A stretch of 64,000 nt of DNA, taken from assembly GCA_963663255.1 (NCBI GenBank), contig OY760141.1, positions 2,765,103 through 2,829,102 of the forward strand. Reading direction: 5' to 3'. The DNA is from Acidimicrobiales bacterium (GTDB taxonomy: Bacteria; Actinomycetota; Acidimicrobiia; Acidimicrobiales; Bin134). The notes beneath the pieces are model-generated. The model ran no database searches and was not told the DNA's origin. It worked only from the letters and a program-made list of their open reading frames with translations. Below, one piece after another: positions 50,673 through 61,755 of this stretch. The translations under genes and the position numbers were made by a program. The stretch's first letter is position 1. Each line of letters opens with the position of its first letter.

Positions 50673-52073
50673 ATGGGCCGAACCCTCAGCGAGAAAATTT
50701 GGGACCGCCATGTGGTGCACCAAGCCGATGGCGAGCCCGACCTGCTGTACATCGATCTGCACCTCATCCACGAGGTGACCTCACCACAGGCCTTTGACGG
50801 CCTTCGCATGAACGGCCGTTCGGTGCGACGGCCCGACTTCACGGTGGCTACTGAGGATCACAATGTCCCCACCGACAACATCTCTTGGCCTATAGCCGAT
50901 CCCGTTTCCCGCCAGCAGGTGGAGACGCTGCGGGCCAACTGCGAGGAGTTCGGCATCACCCTCTATCCGATGGGAAGCCCCGGCCAGGGCATCGTGCACG
51001 TGATCGGCCCGGAGATGGGCCTTACCCAGCCGGGCATGACCATCGTGTGCGGCGACAGCCACACTTCCACCCACGGGGCGTTCGGAGCGCTGGCCTTCGG
51101 CATCGGCACCAGCGAGGTGGAGCATGTGCTGGCCACCCAGACCCTCCCCCAGCAGCGGCCCGGCACCATGTCGGTGACCGTGGAAGGCACCCTGCCGGTG
51201 ACCTGCACCGCAAAAGACGTGATCTTGGCCATCATCGGGCGCATCGGCACCGGCGGGGGCATCGGCTCGGTGATCGAGTACCGGGGATCGGCCATCCGGT
51301 CTTTGTCGATGGAGGGTCGCATGACGGTGTGCAACATGTCGATCGAGGCTGGGGCCCGGGCTGGGCTGATTGCCCCCGACGACACCACTTTCGGATACGT
51401 GGAAGGTCGGCCCCAAGCTCCTAAAGGAGCGGCGTGGGAGTCCGCCCTCGATGACTGGCGCAGCCTCTACAGCGATGGCGACGCCGACTTCGACAAAGAG
51501 GTGGTGATCGACGGGTCTGAGCTGGTGCCCTACGTGTCATGGGGCACAAATCCGGCTCAGGTCGCCCCGATCAACGGCACCGTGCCCGATCCCGACAGCT
51601 TCGCCGAGGGCAGCGGGCGAGAGTCAGCGGCCCGAGCACTCGACTACATGGGCCTGAAGCCGGGAACCCCGCTGAAGGAGGTTCCGGTGGACACCGTGTT
51701 CATCGGCTCCTGTACCAATAGCCGAATTGAAGACCTTCGGGTGGCAGCCGCGGTGGTGGAGGGCCGCCGGGTGCGGTCCGGCGTGCGCACCTTCGTGGTC
51801 CCCGGCTCCGGCGCGGTCAAGTCCCAAGCTGAAGCCGAGGGCCTTCACGAGGTATTCAAGGCCGCCGGGTTCGACTGGCGCGAGCCAGGCTGCTCGATGT
51901 GTTTGGCCATGAACCCCGACAAGCTGGCCCCCGGCGAGCGCTGCGCCAGCACCTCCAACCGGAACTTCGAAGGCCGCCAGGGCAAAGGCGGGCGCACGCA
52001 CCTGGTATCGCCCGCGGTGGCCGCTGCCACCGCGGTAGCCGGCACTTTCGCCACACCGGGAGATCTGTCATGA
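50673..52073 (+). CDS. leuC: 3-isopropylmalate dehydratase large subunit
   Basis: 466 aa; [46 protein letters not shown]. Confidence 0.95.
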   Translation: MGRTLSEKIWDRHVVHQADGEPDLLYIDLHLIHEVTSPQAFDGLRMNGRSVRRPDFTVATEDHNVPTDNISWPIADPVSRQQVETLRANCEEFGITLYPMGSPGQGIVHVIGPEMGLTQPGMTIVCGDSHTSTHGAFGALAFGIGTSEVEHVLATQTLPQQRPGTMSVTVEGTLPVTCTAKDVILAIIGRIGTGGGIGSVIEYRGSAIRSLSMEGRMTVCNMSIEAGARAGLIAPDDTTFGYVEGRPQAPKGAAWESALDDWRSLYSDGDADFDKEVVIDGSELVPYVSWGTNPAQVAPINGTVPDPDSFAEGSGRESAARALDYMGLKPGTPLKEVPVDTVFIGSCTNSRIEDLRVAAAVVEGRRVRSGVRTFVVPGSGAVKSQAEAEGLHEVFKAAGFDWREPGCSMCLAMNPDKLAPGERCASTSNRNFEGRQGKGGRTHLVSPAVAAATAVAGTFATPGDLS

Positions 52074-52663
52074 AGCCGGTTCGGACCATCACCGCCACCG
52101 CCCTGCCCTTGGACCGCAGCGACGTGGACACCGACCAGATCATCCCCAGCGACTGGCTCAAGCGGGTGGAGCGCACCGGTTTCGAGCAGGGCCTATTCTC
52201 CGAGTGGCGCGAAGACCCCGATTTCGTGCTCAATGATCCCCGCTTCGCTGAAGCCCGCATCCTGGTGGCCGGCCCCAACTTCGGCACCGGCTCCTCCCGG
52301 GAGCACGCGGTGTGGGCCATACAGCAGTACGGCTTCGAGGCGGTGGTCTCCCCCCGCTTCGGCGACATCTTCCGCAACAACTCCACCAAGAACGGCCTCG
52401 TCCCGGTGCAGGTAAGCGACGAGATGGCCCGTACGCTGCTCGACGCGGCGGCCAATGACCCCTCTGTCGAGATAACTGTCGACGTGGAACAGCTCACTGT
52501 TTCGGCCCCCGCCGTCGGGGTCAGTGCGGCCTTCCCCCTGGACGGCTCCGTCCAGCACCGCCTGCTTGAGGGCCTTGACGATATCGGCCTCACCCTCTCC
52601 CACACCGGTGCCATCAGCACCTTCGAAGCCACCCGCCCCGATTGGATGCCATCTCTGGCGTAG
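52070..52663 (+). CDS. leuD: 3-isopropylmalate dehydratase small subunit
   Basis: Start ATG 52070 overlaps the leuC stop (ATGA); [22 protein letters not shown]. Confidence 0.9.
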   Translation: MKPVRTITATALPLDRSDVDTDQIIPSDWLKRVERTGFEQGLFSEWREDPDFVLNDPRFAEARILVAGPNFGTGSSREHAVWAIQQYGFEAVVSPRFGDIFRNNSTKNGLVPVQVSDEMARTLLDAAANDPSVEITVDVEQLTVSAPAVGVSAAFPLDGSVQHRLLEGLDDIGLTLSHTGAISTFEATRPDWMPSLA

Positions 52664-52720
52664 CCTGACAACATAAATTCGCCGGGAACCAACTAGCGGG
52701 GGCGCGTCGTCATAGGGAGC

Positions 52721-55018
52721 ATGATGAAGCTGTCGAAAATCGCCCTCGTCGTCGTTGTCCTAGCATTGCTAGCTGGGGCCTGCTCGTCCGATACCGCTGA
52801 TTCGCCGGGAATCACTGGGGGAACTTCACGCCAACCAGCAGGAGAGTCCACCGGAGAGCCAAGCGGAGGGCCAGATGGCACGCCGGAGCCGACGGTGGTG
52901 CTGGAAGACATTGAGTTGTTGTCGGCGCTGCGGAGCTTCGGAGATTGCAGCACGTTGTTGGATTATCTGAGGACCGAGACCGTCAGCCGGGTTGGCCCCT
53001 ACGGGCTCGATGACGGACCTCGCTTCGGCATCCCCGAGCCATTCATGGTGGAAGAAGCCGAAATGATGGCCGACGACTCCGTGGCCCAGTCGGCCCCTGC
53101 CCCCGAAGCACCGACCGCCGGCTCCGACGGTGACTTCTCCAGCACCAACGTGCAGGTGGCGGGCGTGGACGAGCCTGACATCATCAAAACCGACGGCAAC
53201 CGCATCCTGGCCGTGGCCCAAGGCCGGCTGCATTATGTGGACGTCTCCGGCGACCAGCCCCAGTATCGGGGCAGCGTCGATTTGGTGGGCGAGTCGGGCT
53301 CAGGCTGGGGCCAGGAGATCTTCATCCGGGGCGATCGGGCCATGGTGTTCTCCACCAGCTACGCCGACTGGCTTGAACCGGTGGCGGCCAGCGACCTCGA
53401 GGGCGACCACGTGATCGCCGAAGACATCATGTTCCGGGGCAGCCCGGCGTCGCTGATCCAAGAGGTGGACCTGTCCAACCCAGCATCAATGGATGTGGTG
53501 TCGGAACTCCGGGTGGAGGGGAATTACCTCAGCGCTCGGGCGGTGGGCGACGTGGTGTGGATGTCCATGTCCAGCTACCCGGCGCAGTTCCAGTTCGTGT
53601 ACCCCAGCGGCCCCGCTGCCGAAGCCGCCGCCGAAGCGGCCAACAAGCAGATCGCGGCCACCGCCGACTTGGGGGCCTGGCTGCCGGCTTACCGCTTCGA
53701 CGGTCCCGACGGCACCCGAGCCGGACTCTTGCCGGAATGCGAGCAGCTCTACACCCCCGCCGAGTTCGATGGGTTCACCGTGCTGTCGGTACTGAGCTTC
53801 AACTTGGACGAGCCGCTGGGCACCGGCGACGCCGCCTCGGTGCTGGCTGATGGCCACACTCTCTACGGCTCAGGCCAGTCGATCTATCTGGCCTCCAGTG
53901 AGCCGGTGTGGGCCGAACCCGTCGTTGACGGAGACTCGGTCAGCATCTCGGCGCCGACGGAGTGGACCACGGTCGTACACAAGTTTTCGGTGTCAACCGA
54001 CGGCCCAGCCCGCTACGAGGCGTCCGGCACGGTGGAGGGCCACCTGCTCAACCAGTTCTCCATGGACGAATACAACAGCTATTTCCGGGTGGCCACCACC
54101 ATAGGCGAGCCCTGGGACACCGAGACTTCTGAGAGTCAAGTAGTGGTGCTTGAACAGCAGGGCCGACGGCTCGCCGAGGTGGGAAAGGTCGGCAACTTGG
54201 GCCGAGGCGAGCGCATCTTTTCGGTCCGCTTCGCCGGCGACACCGGCTATGTGGTCACCTTCCGCCAGGTCGACCCCCTCTACGTGCTCGATCTGTCTGA
54301 TCCCGTTGCGCCGACAGTGGCCGGCGAGCTGAAGATCCCCGGCTTCTCCACCTACCTGCACCCCATAGGCGATGGCCTGCTGATTGGCGTGGGCCAAGAC
54401 GCCGACGACACCGGCCGCACCCGCGGCACCAAGGTGTCGCTGTTCGACGTGAGCGACCCAGCCAACCCAACCGAGCTAGACGTGATCGTGTTCCCCAACG
54501 CCCACAGCGAAGCCGAATGGGACCACCGAGCATTCCTTTACTGGGCCCCCGAAGAAATGGTGGCCATCCCCCTCACCCGCTACGACTACGAAGACAACGA
54601 AGAGAGCTTCTTCGGCGCAGTTGCCGTACGGGTGAACCGCGACGGCATCGCCGAACTCGGCCGGGTGTCACACCGAGAACAGCAGATCACCTTCGAAGGC
54701 TGCCGCCCGGTGGACAACAACGAACTCGCCCGGACCTTCGGCGGCGAGAGCGAGGTCCGCATCTGCCCCCTCGACGCCCCCGACAGCTACAGCAACCAGG
54801 ACTGTGAGCCCATGAAGCCCGAATGGGCCCGAGAAGAATGGCCTTCCATCGACATCGCCGACGACGAGAAGCTGATCATCTGCTGGATCTGGACCCCGCC
54901 CATCCAACGCCTACTGATAATTGGCGAAACCCTCTGGACCATGAGCGAACAAGCCCTCCAAGCCAACGATCTAGGTACGTTCGCTTACCAAGAGCAATTC
55001 GCACTGAGCTCAAACTGA
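52721..55018 (+). CDS. Secreted lipoprotein with C-terminal beta-propeller domain (Beta_propel/COG4880-like)
   Basis: 765 aa; lipobox LLAGACSSD. STNVQVAGVDEPDIIKTDGNRILAV and RFAGDTGYVVTFRQVDPLYVLDLSDP are family-typical strings. Confidence 0.7.
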   Translation: MMKLSKIALVVVVLALLAGACSSDTADSPGITGGTSRQPAGESTGEPSGGPDGTPEPTVVLEDIELLSALRSFGDCSTLLDYLRTETVSRVGPYGLDDGPRFGIPEPFMVEEAEMMADDSVAQSAPAPEAPTAGSDGDFSSTNVQVAGVDEPDIIKTDGNRILAVAQGRLHYVDVSGDQPQYRGSVDLVGESGSGWGQEIFIRGDRAMVFSTSYADWLEPVAASDLEGDHVIAEDIMFRGSPASLIQEVDLSNPASMDVVSELRVEGNYLSARAVGDVVWMSMSSYPAQFQFVYPSGPAAEAAAEAANKQIAATADLGAWLPAYRFDGPDGTRAGLLPECEQLYTPAEFDGFTVLSVLSFNLDEPLGTGDAASVLADGHTLYGSGQSIYLASSEPVWAEPVVDGDSVSISAPTEWTTVVHKFSVSTDGPARYEASGTVEGHLLNQFSMDEYNSYFRVATTIGEPWDTETSESQVVVLEQQGRRLAEVGKVGNLGRGERIFSVRFAGDTGYVVTFRQVDPLYVLDLSDPVAPTVAGELKIPGFSTYLHPIGDGLLIGVGQDADDTGRTRGTKVSLFDVSDPANPTELDVIVFPNAHSEAEWDHRAFLYWAPEEMVAIPLTRYDYEDNEESFFGAVAVRVNRDGIAELGRVSHREQQITFEGCRPVDNNELARTFGGESEVRICPLDAPDSYSNQDCEPMKPEWAREEWPSIDIADDEKLIICWIWTPPIQRLLIIGETLWTMSEQALQANDLGTFAYQEQFALSSN

Positions 55019-55022
55019 GCAA

Positions 55023-56726
55023 TCACCCCAACCCCGCGCAAGCGCGGTTCAAGGCGCTCACGATGGCCCGCATAGAGGCTGTCGTTATGTCCGTGTGGAT
55101 ACCGCAACCCCAAAGCTCGCGGCCGTCCACCAGCAACTCGATGTAGGCCACGGCCTCGGCATCGGTGCCCCCGCCCCGGGCGTGCTCGCTGTAGTCCACC
55201 ACCTTGACCGGGCTGTCGATGATCTCGTTCAAGCCACTCACAAAGGCGTCCAGGGAACCAGCCCCCTCACCGTGAACCACCACCTGCTCGTTGCCGCTGG
55301 TCAGCCGGGCCGTCACCACGGTGCGGTCGGCCCCCCGGGCGTTCTGGGCCGACTCGTAGCCGTTCAGCCGGTAGGGCTCGTCCAGATCGAGGTACTCGGT
55401 GGCGAACTCGTTGTAGATCTGGTCGGCGGTGATCTCCTCGCCGGTTTCGTCGGCGATCTGCTGGATAACCCGGCTGAACTCGATCTGCATGCGCCGAGGC
55501 AGGTCGAGCTGCACCTCGGCATGGAGCAGGTATGACACTCCTCCCTTTCCCGACTGGCTGTTCACCCGCACCACGTCTTGGTAGGAGCGGCCTACATCCT
55601 TGGGATCGATGGGGATGTAGGGCACCTCGAACAGGGTCTGGCCGCTCTCTTCCATGGCCTCGAACCCCTTCTTGATGGCGTCTTGGTGCGACCCGGAAAA
55701 GGCGGTGTACACCAGATCGCCCACATAGGGATGGCGGGGGTGGATGGGAAGCTGGTTGCAGTCCTCGGCCACCCGGCGCAGCCAGTTGATGTCGGATATG
55801 TCCAACTCGGGGTCCACCCCCTGGCTGAACAGGTTCATGGCCAAATTCACCACATCCACATTGCCGGTGCGCTCCCCGTTGCCGAACAAGGTGCCCTCCA
55901 CCCGGTCGGCACCGGCCATGAGCCCGAACTCGGCCGCGGCCACCGCGGTGCCCCGATCGTTGTGAGGGTGCAGGCTCAACACGATGCGGTCGCGGCGGGC
56001 CAGGTTGCGGTGCATCCACTCGATCATGTCGCCGTAGATGTTGGCGGTGGACATCTCCACGGTGGCCGGCAGGTTGATGATGACCGGCTTGTCGTGGCCG
56101 TCGGCCAAAATCTCCACCACCTCGTCGCAAACCCGTTTGGCGAACAGCAGCTCGGTGCCGGTGAACGACTCGGGCGAGTACTCGTAGAACACCTCGGTGT
56201 TGGGCACTTGCGACTCCAGCGACCGGCACAACTCCGATGCCTGGGTGGCGATCTTGGTGATCCCGTCCATGTCGAGGCCGAAAACCACCCGGCGCTGGAC
56301 GGTGGACGTGGAGTTGTACAGATGGACTATGGCATCGGCTGCCCCGTCGATGGCTTCGTAGGTGCGCTCGATGAGCTCCTTGCGGGCCTGGGTGAGCACC
56401 TGGATGCGGACATCGGAGGGGATGGCCCTCTGCTCGATGATCTCCCGCACGAACCCGAAGTCGGTCTCCGATGCCGAGGGGAAGCCCACCTCGATCTCTT
56501 TGAACCCGGCCTCCACCAGCGCGGTGAACATCTTCCACTTCCGCTCGGAGTTCATGGGCTCGATGAGGGCCTGGTTGCCGTCCCGCAGGTCCACTGAGCA
56601 CCACCGGGGGGCCCCGGTGAGCACCGCGTTGGGCCACGTCCGGTCGACAAGCTCGATTGGCTCAAACGCCTGGTACTTGTGGATCGGCATTCCCGACGGC
56701 TGTTGGGGGTGTAATCCGGTTGTCAT
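55023..56726 (-). CDS. leuA: 2-isopropylmalate synthase (long actinobacterial form)
   Basis: 567 aa; WCSVDLRDGNQAL, LSLHPHNDRGTAVAAAE, C-terminal regulatory domain. Confidence 0.95.
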   Translation of the reverse strand: MTTGLHPQQPSGMPIHKYQAFEPIELVDRTWPNAVLTGAPRWCSVDLRDGNQALIEPMNSERKWKMFTALVEAGFKEIEVGFPSASETDFGFVREIIEQRAIPSDVRIQVLTQARKELIERTYEAIDGAADAIVHLYNSTSTVQRRVVFGLDMDGITKIATQASELCRSLESQVPNTEVFYEYSPESFTGTELLFAKRVCDEVVEILADGHDKPVIINLPATVEMSTANIYGDMIEWMHRNLARRDRIVLSLHPHNDRGTAVAAAEFGLMAGADRVEGTLFGNGERTGNVDVVNLAMNLFSQGVDPELDISDINWLRRVAEDCNQLPIHPRHPYVGDLVYTAFSGSHQDAIKKGFEAMEESGQTLFEVPYIPIDPKDVGRSYQDVVRVNSQSGKGGVSYLLHAEVQLDLPRRMQIEFSRVIQQIADETGEEITADQIYNEFATEYLDLDEPYRLNGYESAQNARGADRTVVTARLTSGNEQVVVHGEGAGSLDAFVSGLNEIIDSPVKVVDYSEHARGGGTDAEAVAYIELLVDGRELWGCGIHTDITTASMRAIVSALNRACAGLG

Positions 56727-56755
56727 GGCATGGCCTCTATTGGAATTGACTCACG

Positions 56756-56787
56756 AAAAAACCCCCTGCCCTTGCGGGATCAGGGGG
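56756..56787 (-). terminator. Intrinsic terminator of the leuA leader (attenuator terminator)
   Basis: Minus strand: CCCCCUG-AU-CCC-GCAA-GGG-CAGGGGG followed by UUUUUU (A-run 56756-61 on plus). Ends 30 nt upstream of the leuA ATG. Confidence 0.75.
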
Positions 56788-56790
56788 TCG

Positions 56791-56816
56791 GGGCGAGCAC
56801 CTCTGGGTGCTCGCCC
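56791..56816 (-). promoter_or_regulatory. Leader hairpin abutting the leader-peptide stop codon
   Basis: GGGCGAGCAC(C)-loop-(G)GTGCTCGCCC, a 10-11-bp stem. Its first G is the last base of the leader UAG. Confidence 0.65.
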
Positions 56817-56851
56817 TACAAGAGCAGCAAGTGGGTGCGGATGCGGCTCAT
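56816..56851 (-). CDS. leuA leader peptide MSRIRTHLLLL (four consecutive Leu codons)
   Basis: ATG AGC CGC ATC CGC ACC CAC TTG CTG CTC TTG TAG read on the minus strand. Followed by two hairpins, the second a U-tailed terminator. Confidence 0.7.
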   Translation of the reverse strand: MSRIRTHLLLL

Positions 56852-56914
56852 CGAGACAATCCTAGGCCAGCCCTCGGTGTTTTCCAAACACCTGGGTTGT
56901 TCGGCTGGGCTCGA

Positions 56915-58495
56915 TCAAGCCTGGGGAGGAGCTAGGCCCATGTAGCGGGCGGACTGCACTCCGTCGATGGCCACCAGGGCGTCGGCCACCTCCTTGGGCA
57001 CGGGATGGGGGGTTGCGATCACCATGGATGCCCCTTCCCCGGTAGGCGCCCGTCCCACGTTCATGTCGTTGATGTTGATGCCGGCGCTTCCCAGCAGAGT
57101 GCCCACTGCGCCGATCACCCCGGGGCGGTCATCGTTGGACAGCAGAATCATGTGGGCCGCCGGGGGCATGTGGATGGAGTGGTCATCAGCCAGTACCAGC
57201 ACCGGCTCTTGGCGGGCCCCGGTCACCCTCCCGCCGAGGCTGTGCCCCCCGCCCCGCACGGTGAGCAGGTTCACATGGTCTTTCGAGGTGGGCGTGCTGA
57301 TGGCCCGCACCTCCATCCCCCGCTCTTCGGCCATGGTCAGGGCGTTCACATAGCTGACCTGCATGTCCGACACCGCGCTCAGCAAGCCCTTGACCGCCGA
57401 CATGACCGCCACCGTGTTGTCGGGCTTGCCGATCTCGCCGATGAGTTCTACCTCCAGCACCTGGGGCAGCCGTTCGCACAGGTTCCCGAACAGGCGTCCG
57501 AGCTGCTCAGCCAGCGGCAGATAGGGCCGCAGCACGTCGGGAACGTTCTTGGCCGGAACGTTCACCGCGGCGGGCACGAACTCTCCGGCCAACGCCAGCA
57601 TCACCTGTTCGGCAATGGCGTCGCCCGCCTTGCTCTGGGCCTCTTCGGTGCTGGCCCCCAGATGGGGGGTGACCACCACCGAGTCGAGGTCGAACAGCGG
57701 CGACTCGGTGATGGGCTCGCCGTCGAACACGTCCAGGGCGGCCCCGGCGATGCGCCCCGATGCCACTGCCTCGGCCAGATCGGCCTCGTCCACGATCCCG
57801 CCGCGCGACACGTTGACGATCCTCAGATTGGGCTTGGCCAGCGCCAGCAACTCAGAGTTGATCAGCCCGATGGTCTCTGGCGTGCGGGCCACATGGATGG
57901 TGATGAAATCCGACTGGGCTATCAGCTCCTCCAGCGACACGAGATCCATCACGCTGCGGAGGGCCACCTCTTCGGACACGTAGGGGTCGCTGGCGATCAC
58001 CCGCATGGCGAAGCCCAGCGCCCGTTCGGCCACCAACCGCCCGATCCGGCCCAGCCCGAGGATGCCCAGCGTCTTGTCGCTCAGCTCGATCCCCTCCCAG
58101 CGACCGCGCTCCCACCGACCGTCGGTGAGCGCTGCATGGGCCTGGGGAATGTTCCGCGCTTGGGACAAGATCAACGCCATGGTGTGCTCGGCGGCCGAGA
58201 TGATGTTCGACAACGTGTCGTTCACCACCAGCACCCCGTGCTCGGTGGCGGCACCCACATCCACGTTGTCGAGGCCCACCCCGGCCCGGCCCACGATCAC
58301 CAGATCGCTTCCCGCGTCGAACACCTCGGCGGTCACCTGGGTGGCCGACCGGATGATCAGCCCATGAACCCCTGCAACTGCCTCCAGCAGCTCATCGGGA
58401 CTCATCCCGGTGCGGACCTCTACGTCATGCCCAGCATGGCGAAGCTTGGCCACCCCGATGTCGGCGATCTTCTCTGCTACAAGGACTTTGGCCAT
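56915..58495 (-). CDS. serA: D-3-phosphoglycerate dehydrogenase (long form with ASB/ACT domains)
   Basis: 526 aa; GILGLGRIGRLVA, RGGIVDE, C-terminal ACT-like region. Confidence 0.9.
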   Translation of the reverse strand: MAKVLVAEKIADIGVAKLRHAGHDVEVRTGMSPDELLEAVAGVHGLIIRSATQVTAEVFDAGSDLVIVGRAGVGLDNVDVGAATEHGVLVVNDTLSNIISAAEHTMALILSQARNIPQAHAALTDGRWERGRWEGIELSDKTLGILGLGRIGRLVAERALGFAMRVIASDPYVSEEVALRSVMDLVSLEELIAQSDFITIHVARTPETIGLINSELLALAKPNLRIVNVSRGGIVDEADLAEAVASGRIAGAALDVFDGEPITESPLFDLDSVVVTPHLGASTEEAQSKAGDAIAEQVMLALAGEFVPAAVNVPAKNVPDVLRPYLPLAEQLGRLFGNLCERLPQVLEVELIGEIGKPDNTVAVMSAVKGLLSAVSDMQVSYVNALTMAEERGMEVRAISTPTSKDHVNLLTVRGGGHSLGGRVTGARQEPVLVLADDHSIHMPPAAHMILLSNDDRPGVIGAVGTLLGSAGININDMNVGRAPTGEGASMVIATPHPVPKEVADALVAIDGVQSARYMGLAPPQA

Positions 58496-58564
58496 CGGCC
58501 CTCACGATAGACCGAGTTCTGTGACCCGCCGGGGACCAATTGGCAGCGGCGGAGCAAATTCCGG

Positions 58565-60478
58565 CTAGCGGCGGATTTCCACCGGCGGGATGTCGTCGGC
58601 CAAAGCGAATCCCAGAATCTGGGCGAAGAACGCTAACTCTGCTTCTAGGGCGGCCACGATGTTCTCGGCTTTGCGGAATCCGTGCTGTTCGCCTTCGAAC
58701 AGCAGGTAGGCCACGGGGATCGAACGCTGCTCCAGGGCGGCCACGATCATCTTGGCCTGGTTGGGGGGCACCACCACGTCTTCGGAGCCTTGGAGCACGA
58801 TCATGGGGGCCTCGAAATCGTCCACGAAGTGGATAGGCGAACGGGCCCTGTACACCTCTTCGCCTTCGGGGTACAGCCCCACCAGGCCGTCCATGTAGCG
58901 GGCCTCGAACTTGTGGGTGTCGATGGCCAGCGCGGCCAGATCGGCGATGCCGTAGCGGCTGGCCCCGGCGGCGAACACCTTGTGGAAGGCCAGCGCGCAC
59001 AGGGTGGTGTAGCCGCCGGCGCTGGAGCCCCGGATGATGAGCCGATCACCGTCCACCTCTCCGGTGCGCACCAGGTGGCGGGCCGCGGCCACGCAGTCGT
59101 CCACGTCGCTGACCCCCCAGAGCCCCTGGAGCGCCTCCCGGTAGGCAGTGCCGTAGCCGGTGCTACCCCGGTAGTTCACGTCCACCACCGCGATTCCCCG
59201 ACTGGTCCAGTACTGGATGCCGAGCTGGAGCTGGCTGCGGGCCGCACCGGTGGGACCGCTGTGGCCCAGCACCAGCAGCGGCGGGCGCTCACCGGCCGGT
59301 GCCCTCGCGCTCGGATTGGCGGGCGGGTAATAGAGCCCGTGGGCTTCGGCACTATCGGTTGTGGGAAAGGCGATGGGCCGGGGACTGGACAGATACGCCG
59401 GATCGACTGCGGCCCGCGCTGGCGGGCGGATGACATCGAACGACCCGTCGGCAACATCAATGCGCACCGCGGTGGGCTCTTGGGTCGGCGAGGCGGCAAT
59501 GGCAGTGACGGCATGGGGTCCGGCGGGGCGGACGCTCCCATACGAAGTCCAAGGCAGATCCAACTGCTGGGGATCCGATCCGTCGGGGGGAATAGCCCAA
59601 AGCTCGGCCAACGATCCCCGCATGGCCGCCACCACCACCGTGTTGTCGCCGCATACCGCGTAGCTGGGGTCGTCGAACACCCAGGCGGGGCGATGCATTT
59701 CTGCGTCGAACTCAAGGACCGGGTCGAGGTCGCTGCCCTCCAAGACGTACAGGTTCCACCAGCCGTTGTGATCGCTCACCACGTAGAGGCGGCCGTCGGG
59801 ACCCCACTGAGGCTCTACTACCGAGCCCATACCCGACACCGCGCACTGGCCGTCCACCCACAGCTCGGTTTGGTCCCAGGGCATATTGGGGTGGTTCCAC
59901 TGCACCCACGACAGCCGCTGCCCGTCGGGGCTGGGTCGGGGCCAGGCGTAGAAATCTGCCCCGGTGGCCACGATCTCGGGCTCGCCCGATCCGTCGCCGC
60001 TCAGTCGCACGATCTGATTGGCCTCTTCCAATTTGCGGCTCTCTTGTTGGGCCGCCCGGGCCGCGTGGTGGTCCTCCCGCACGCACACCGTGGCGTCGCC
60101 GAGGGCCCGACCGTCGGCGTAACGCCAACCGTGGGCGAAGGGAGGCTCGGGGGTTACCGGGCGGGCTGTGCCGACAGCCGACACATGCCAAAGGCGGCCG
60201 TCGGCGTCGTCGCAGGCATACACCCCGTCGGCACCGTCGGGCCACCATGCACCCCCGCCGTAGCTGTGCACCCGGGTCCGCACCGACGCCGAGGCCCACA
60301 GATCGGCGCCATCGCACACCAGGGCGTTGCGGCCCGACTCGGCCGGGCGCGACTCGGTCCACCACATTCGGCCTTTCTGGTTCCACACGCTCACCGGCAG
60401 CGCGGCGCCGGCCACCATCGATTGAGCCGAAATGGGCGACGGCCAACTGCCGTAGGGCAGCGTCTGAAGCTCGCTCAC
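58565..60478 (-). CDS. S9-family serine peptidase (prolyl oligopeptidase/acylaminoacyl-peptidase type)
   Basis: 637 aa; N-terminal propeller-like region, nucleophile GSSAGGYT, C-terminal D and H region (GEQHGF). Confidence 0.8.
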   Translation of the reverse strand: MSELQTLPYGSWPSPISAQSMVAGAALPVSVWNQKGRMWWTESRPAESGRNALVCDGADLWASASVRTRVHSYGGGAWWPDGADGVYACDDADGRLWHVSAVGTARPVTPEPPFAHGWRYADGRALGDATVCVREDHHAARAAQQESRKLEEANQIVRLSGDGSGEPEIVATGADFYAWPRPSPDGQRLSWVQWNHPNMPWDQTELWVDGQCAVSGMGSVVEPQWGPDGRLYVVSDHNGWWNLYVLEGSDLDPVLEFDAEMHRPAWVFDDPSYAVCGDNTVVVAAMRGSLAELWAIPPDGSDPQQLDLPWTSYGSVRPAGPHAVTAIAASPTQEPTAVRIDVADGSFDVIRPPARAAVDPAYLSSPRPIAFPTTDSAEAHGLYYPPANPSARAPAGERPPLLVLGHSGPTGAARSQLQLGIQYWTSRGIAVVDVNYRGSTGYGTAYREALQGLWGVSDVDDCVAAARHLVRTGEVDGDRLIIRGSSAGGYTTLCALAFHKVFAAGASRYGIADLAALAIDTHKFEARYMDGLVGLYPEGEEVYRARSPIHFVDDFEAPMIVLQGSEDVVVPPNQAKMIVAALEQRSIPVAYLLFEGEQHGFRKAENIVAALEAELAFFAQILGFALADDIPPVEIRR

Positions 60479-61656
60479 TGCAACAGATCAGCGATCCGGC
60501 CGATGCCCTCTCCCAAATCGTCGTCTCCCAGGGCAAACGACAGCCGGGCATAGCCCGGGCCGGCGAAGGCCTCTCCGGGCACGATGGCCACCTGCGCCTC
60601 GTCCAGGATCCACCCGGCCAGATCGGCGGTGTTGTCGGGCATGCCCGGTCGGCCCAACACTCCCTCAAAGGAGGGAAAGGCGTAGAACGCCCCTTGGGGT
60701 TCAAGGCAATGCACTCCGTCGATCCCGTTCAGCAACCGGTGCATGGCCTTGCGTCGGCGGTCGAAGGCGGCTCGCATCTCGGCCACTGCGTCCAGCGGAC
60801 CGCTGACCGCAGCCAGCGCGGCCCTCTGGGCCACGTTGGACACATTCGAGGTCTGGTGCGACTGGAGGCTCACCGCCGCGGACGCCGCGTCGGAGGGGCC
60901 GATCAGCCAGCCCACCCGCCAGCCGGTCATCGCGTAGGTCTTGGCCACCCCGTTGAGCACCAGGCAGCGGTCGGCCAATTCGGGAACCACCACTGGGATG
61001 GAGCTGAACTCATGGTCGTCGTAGGTCAGATGCTCGTAGATCTCATCGGTGATAACCCACACGTCGTTCTCAGCGGCCCATCGGCCGATGGCCTCCACCC
61101 GATCTCGGGGATAGACCGCCCCGGTGGGGTTCGACGGCGACACGAACACCAGCGCCTTGGTGCGATCGGTGCGAGCCGCCTCAAGTTGCTCAACGGTCAC
61201 CATGAACCCGTCCACCGACGTGGTGGGCACGTCGACGCTGACCCCGCCGGCCAGCGAGATGGCCTCGGGGTAGGTAGTCCAATAGGGAGCGGGCAAAAGC
61301 ACCTCGTCGCCGGGATCGAGCAGCACGGCGAAGGCGTTGTACACCGCGTGCTTGCCCCCGTTGGTGACCACCACCTGCGACGGCTCAACCTCATAGCCCG
61401 AATCGCGCCGGGTCTTGGCCACGATGGCCTCCCTCAGCTCGGGCAGGCCCCCGGCTGGGGAATAGCGATGGTTCTTCGGGTCGTCCACCGCGGCTCGAGC
61501 CGCGTCCAAGATGGCCGCCGGGGTGGGAAAGTCGGGCTCGCCGGCTCCAAAACTGATAACCGGCGCCCCCTGGGCCTTCAGTGCCTTGGCCTTGGCATCC
61601 ACCGCCAGGGTGGCCGAGGGAGCGATGGCGGAAATGCGCTGGGATATGCGAGCCAT
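60475..61656 (-). CDS. Class I pyridoxal-phosphate aminotransferase (aspartate aminotransferase-like)
   Basis: 393 aa; [26 protein letters not shown] (PLP lysine motif). Confidence 0.85.
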   Translation of the reverse strand: MARISQRISAIAPSATLAVDAKAKALKAQGAPVISFGAGEPDFPTPAAILDAARAAVDDPKNHRYSPAGGLPELREAIVAKTRRDSGYEVEPSQVVVTNGGKHAVYNAFAVLLDPGDEVLLPAPYWTTYPEAISLAGGVSVDVPTTSVDGFMVTVEQLEAARTDRTKALVFVSPSNPTGAVYPRDRVEAIGRWAAENDVWVITDEIYEHLTYDDHEFSSIPVVVPELADRCLVLNGVAKTYAMTGWRVGWLIGPSDAASAAVSLQSHQTSNVSNVAQRAALAAVSGPLDAVAEMRAAFDRRRKAMHRLLNGIDGVHCLEPQGAFYAFPSFEGVLGRPGMPDNTADLAGWILDEAQVAIVPGEAFAGPGYARLSFALGDDDLGEGIGRIADLLQ

Positions 61657-61755
61657 GAGCGCAGCTTTTCACACCGCAACCGGGATCTTGTTGCTCAATT
61701 CCTGGTTGGCCGAACACCACCGAAAGTGCGCTCTGCATAGATAACGTGGGGCCCC

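Noticed and set aside
56876-56892. Hairpin GGTGTTT-TCC-AAACACC between serA and the leuA leader, as a possible serA terminator.
   Set aside because: The stem is only 6-7 bp, and it is AT-containing with no U-tract on the relevant (minus) strand. That is insufficient to call a terminator.
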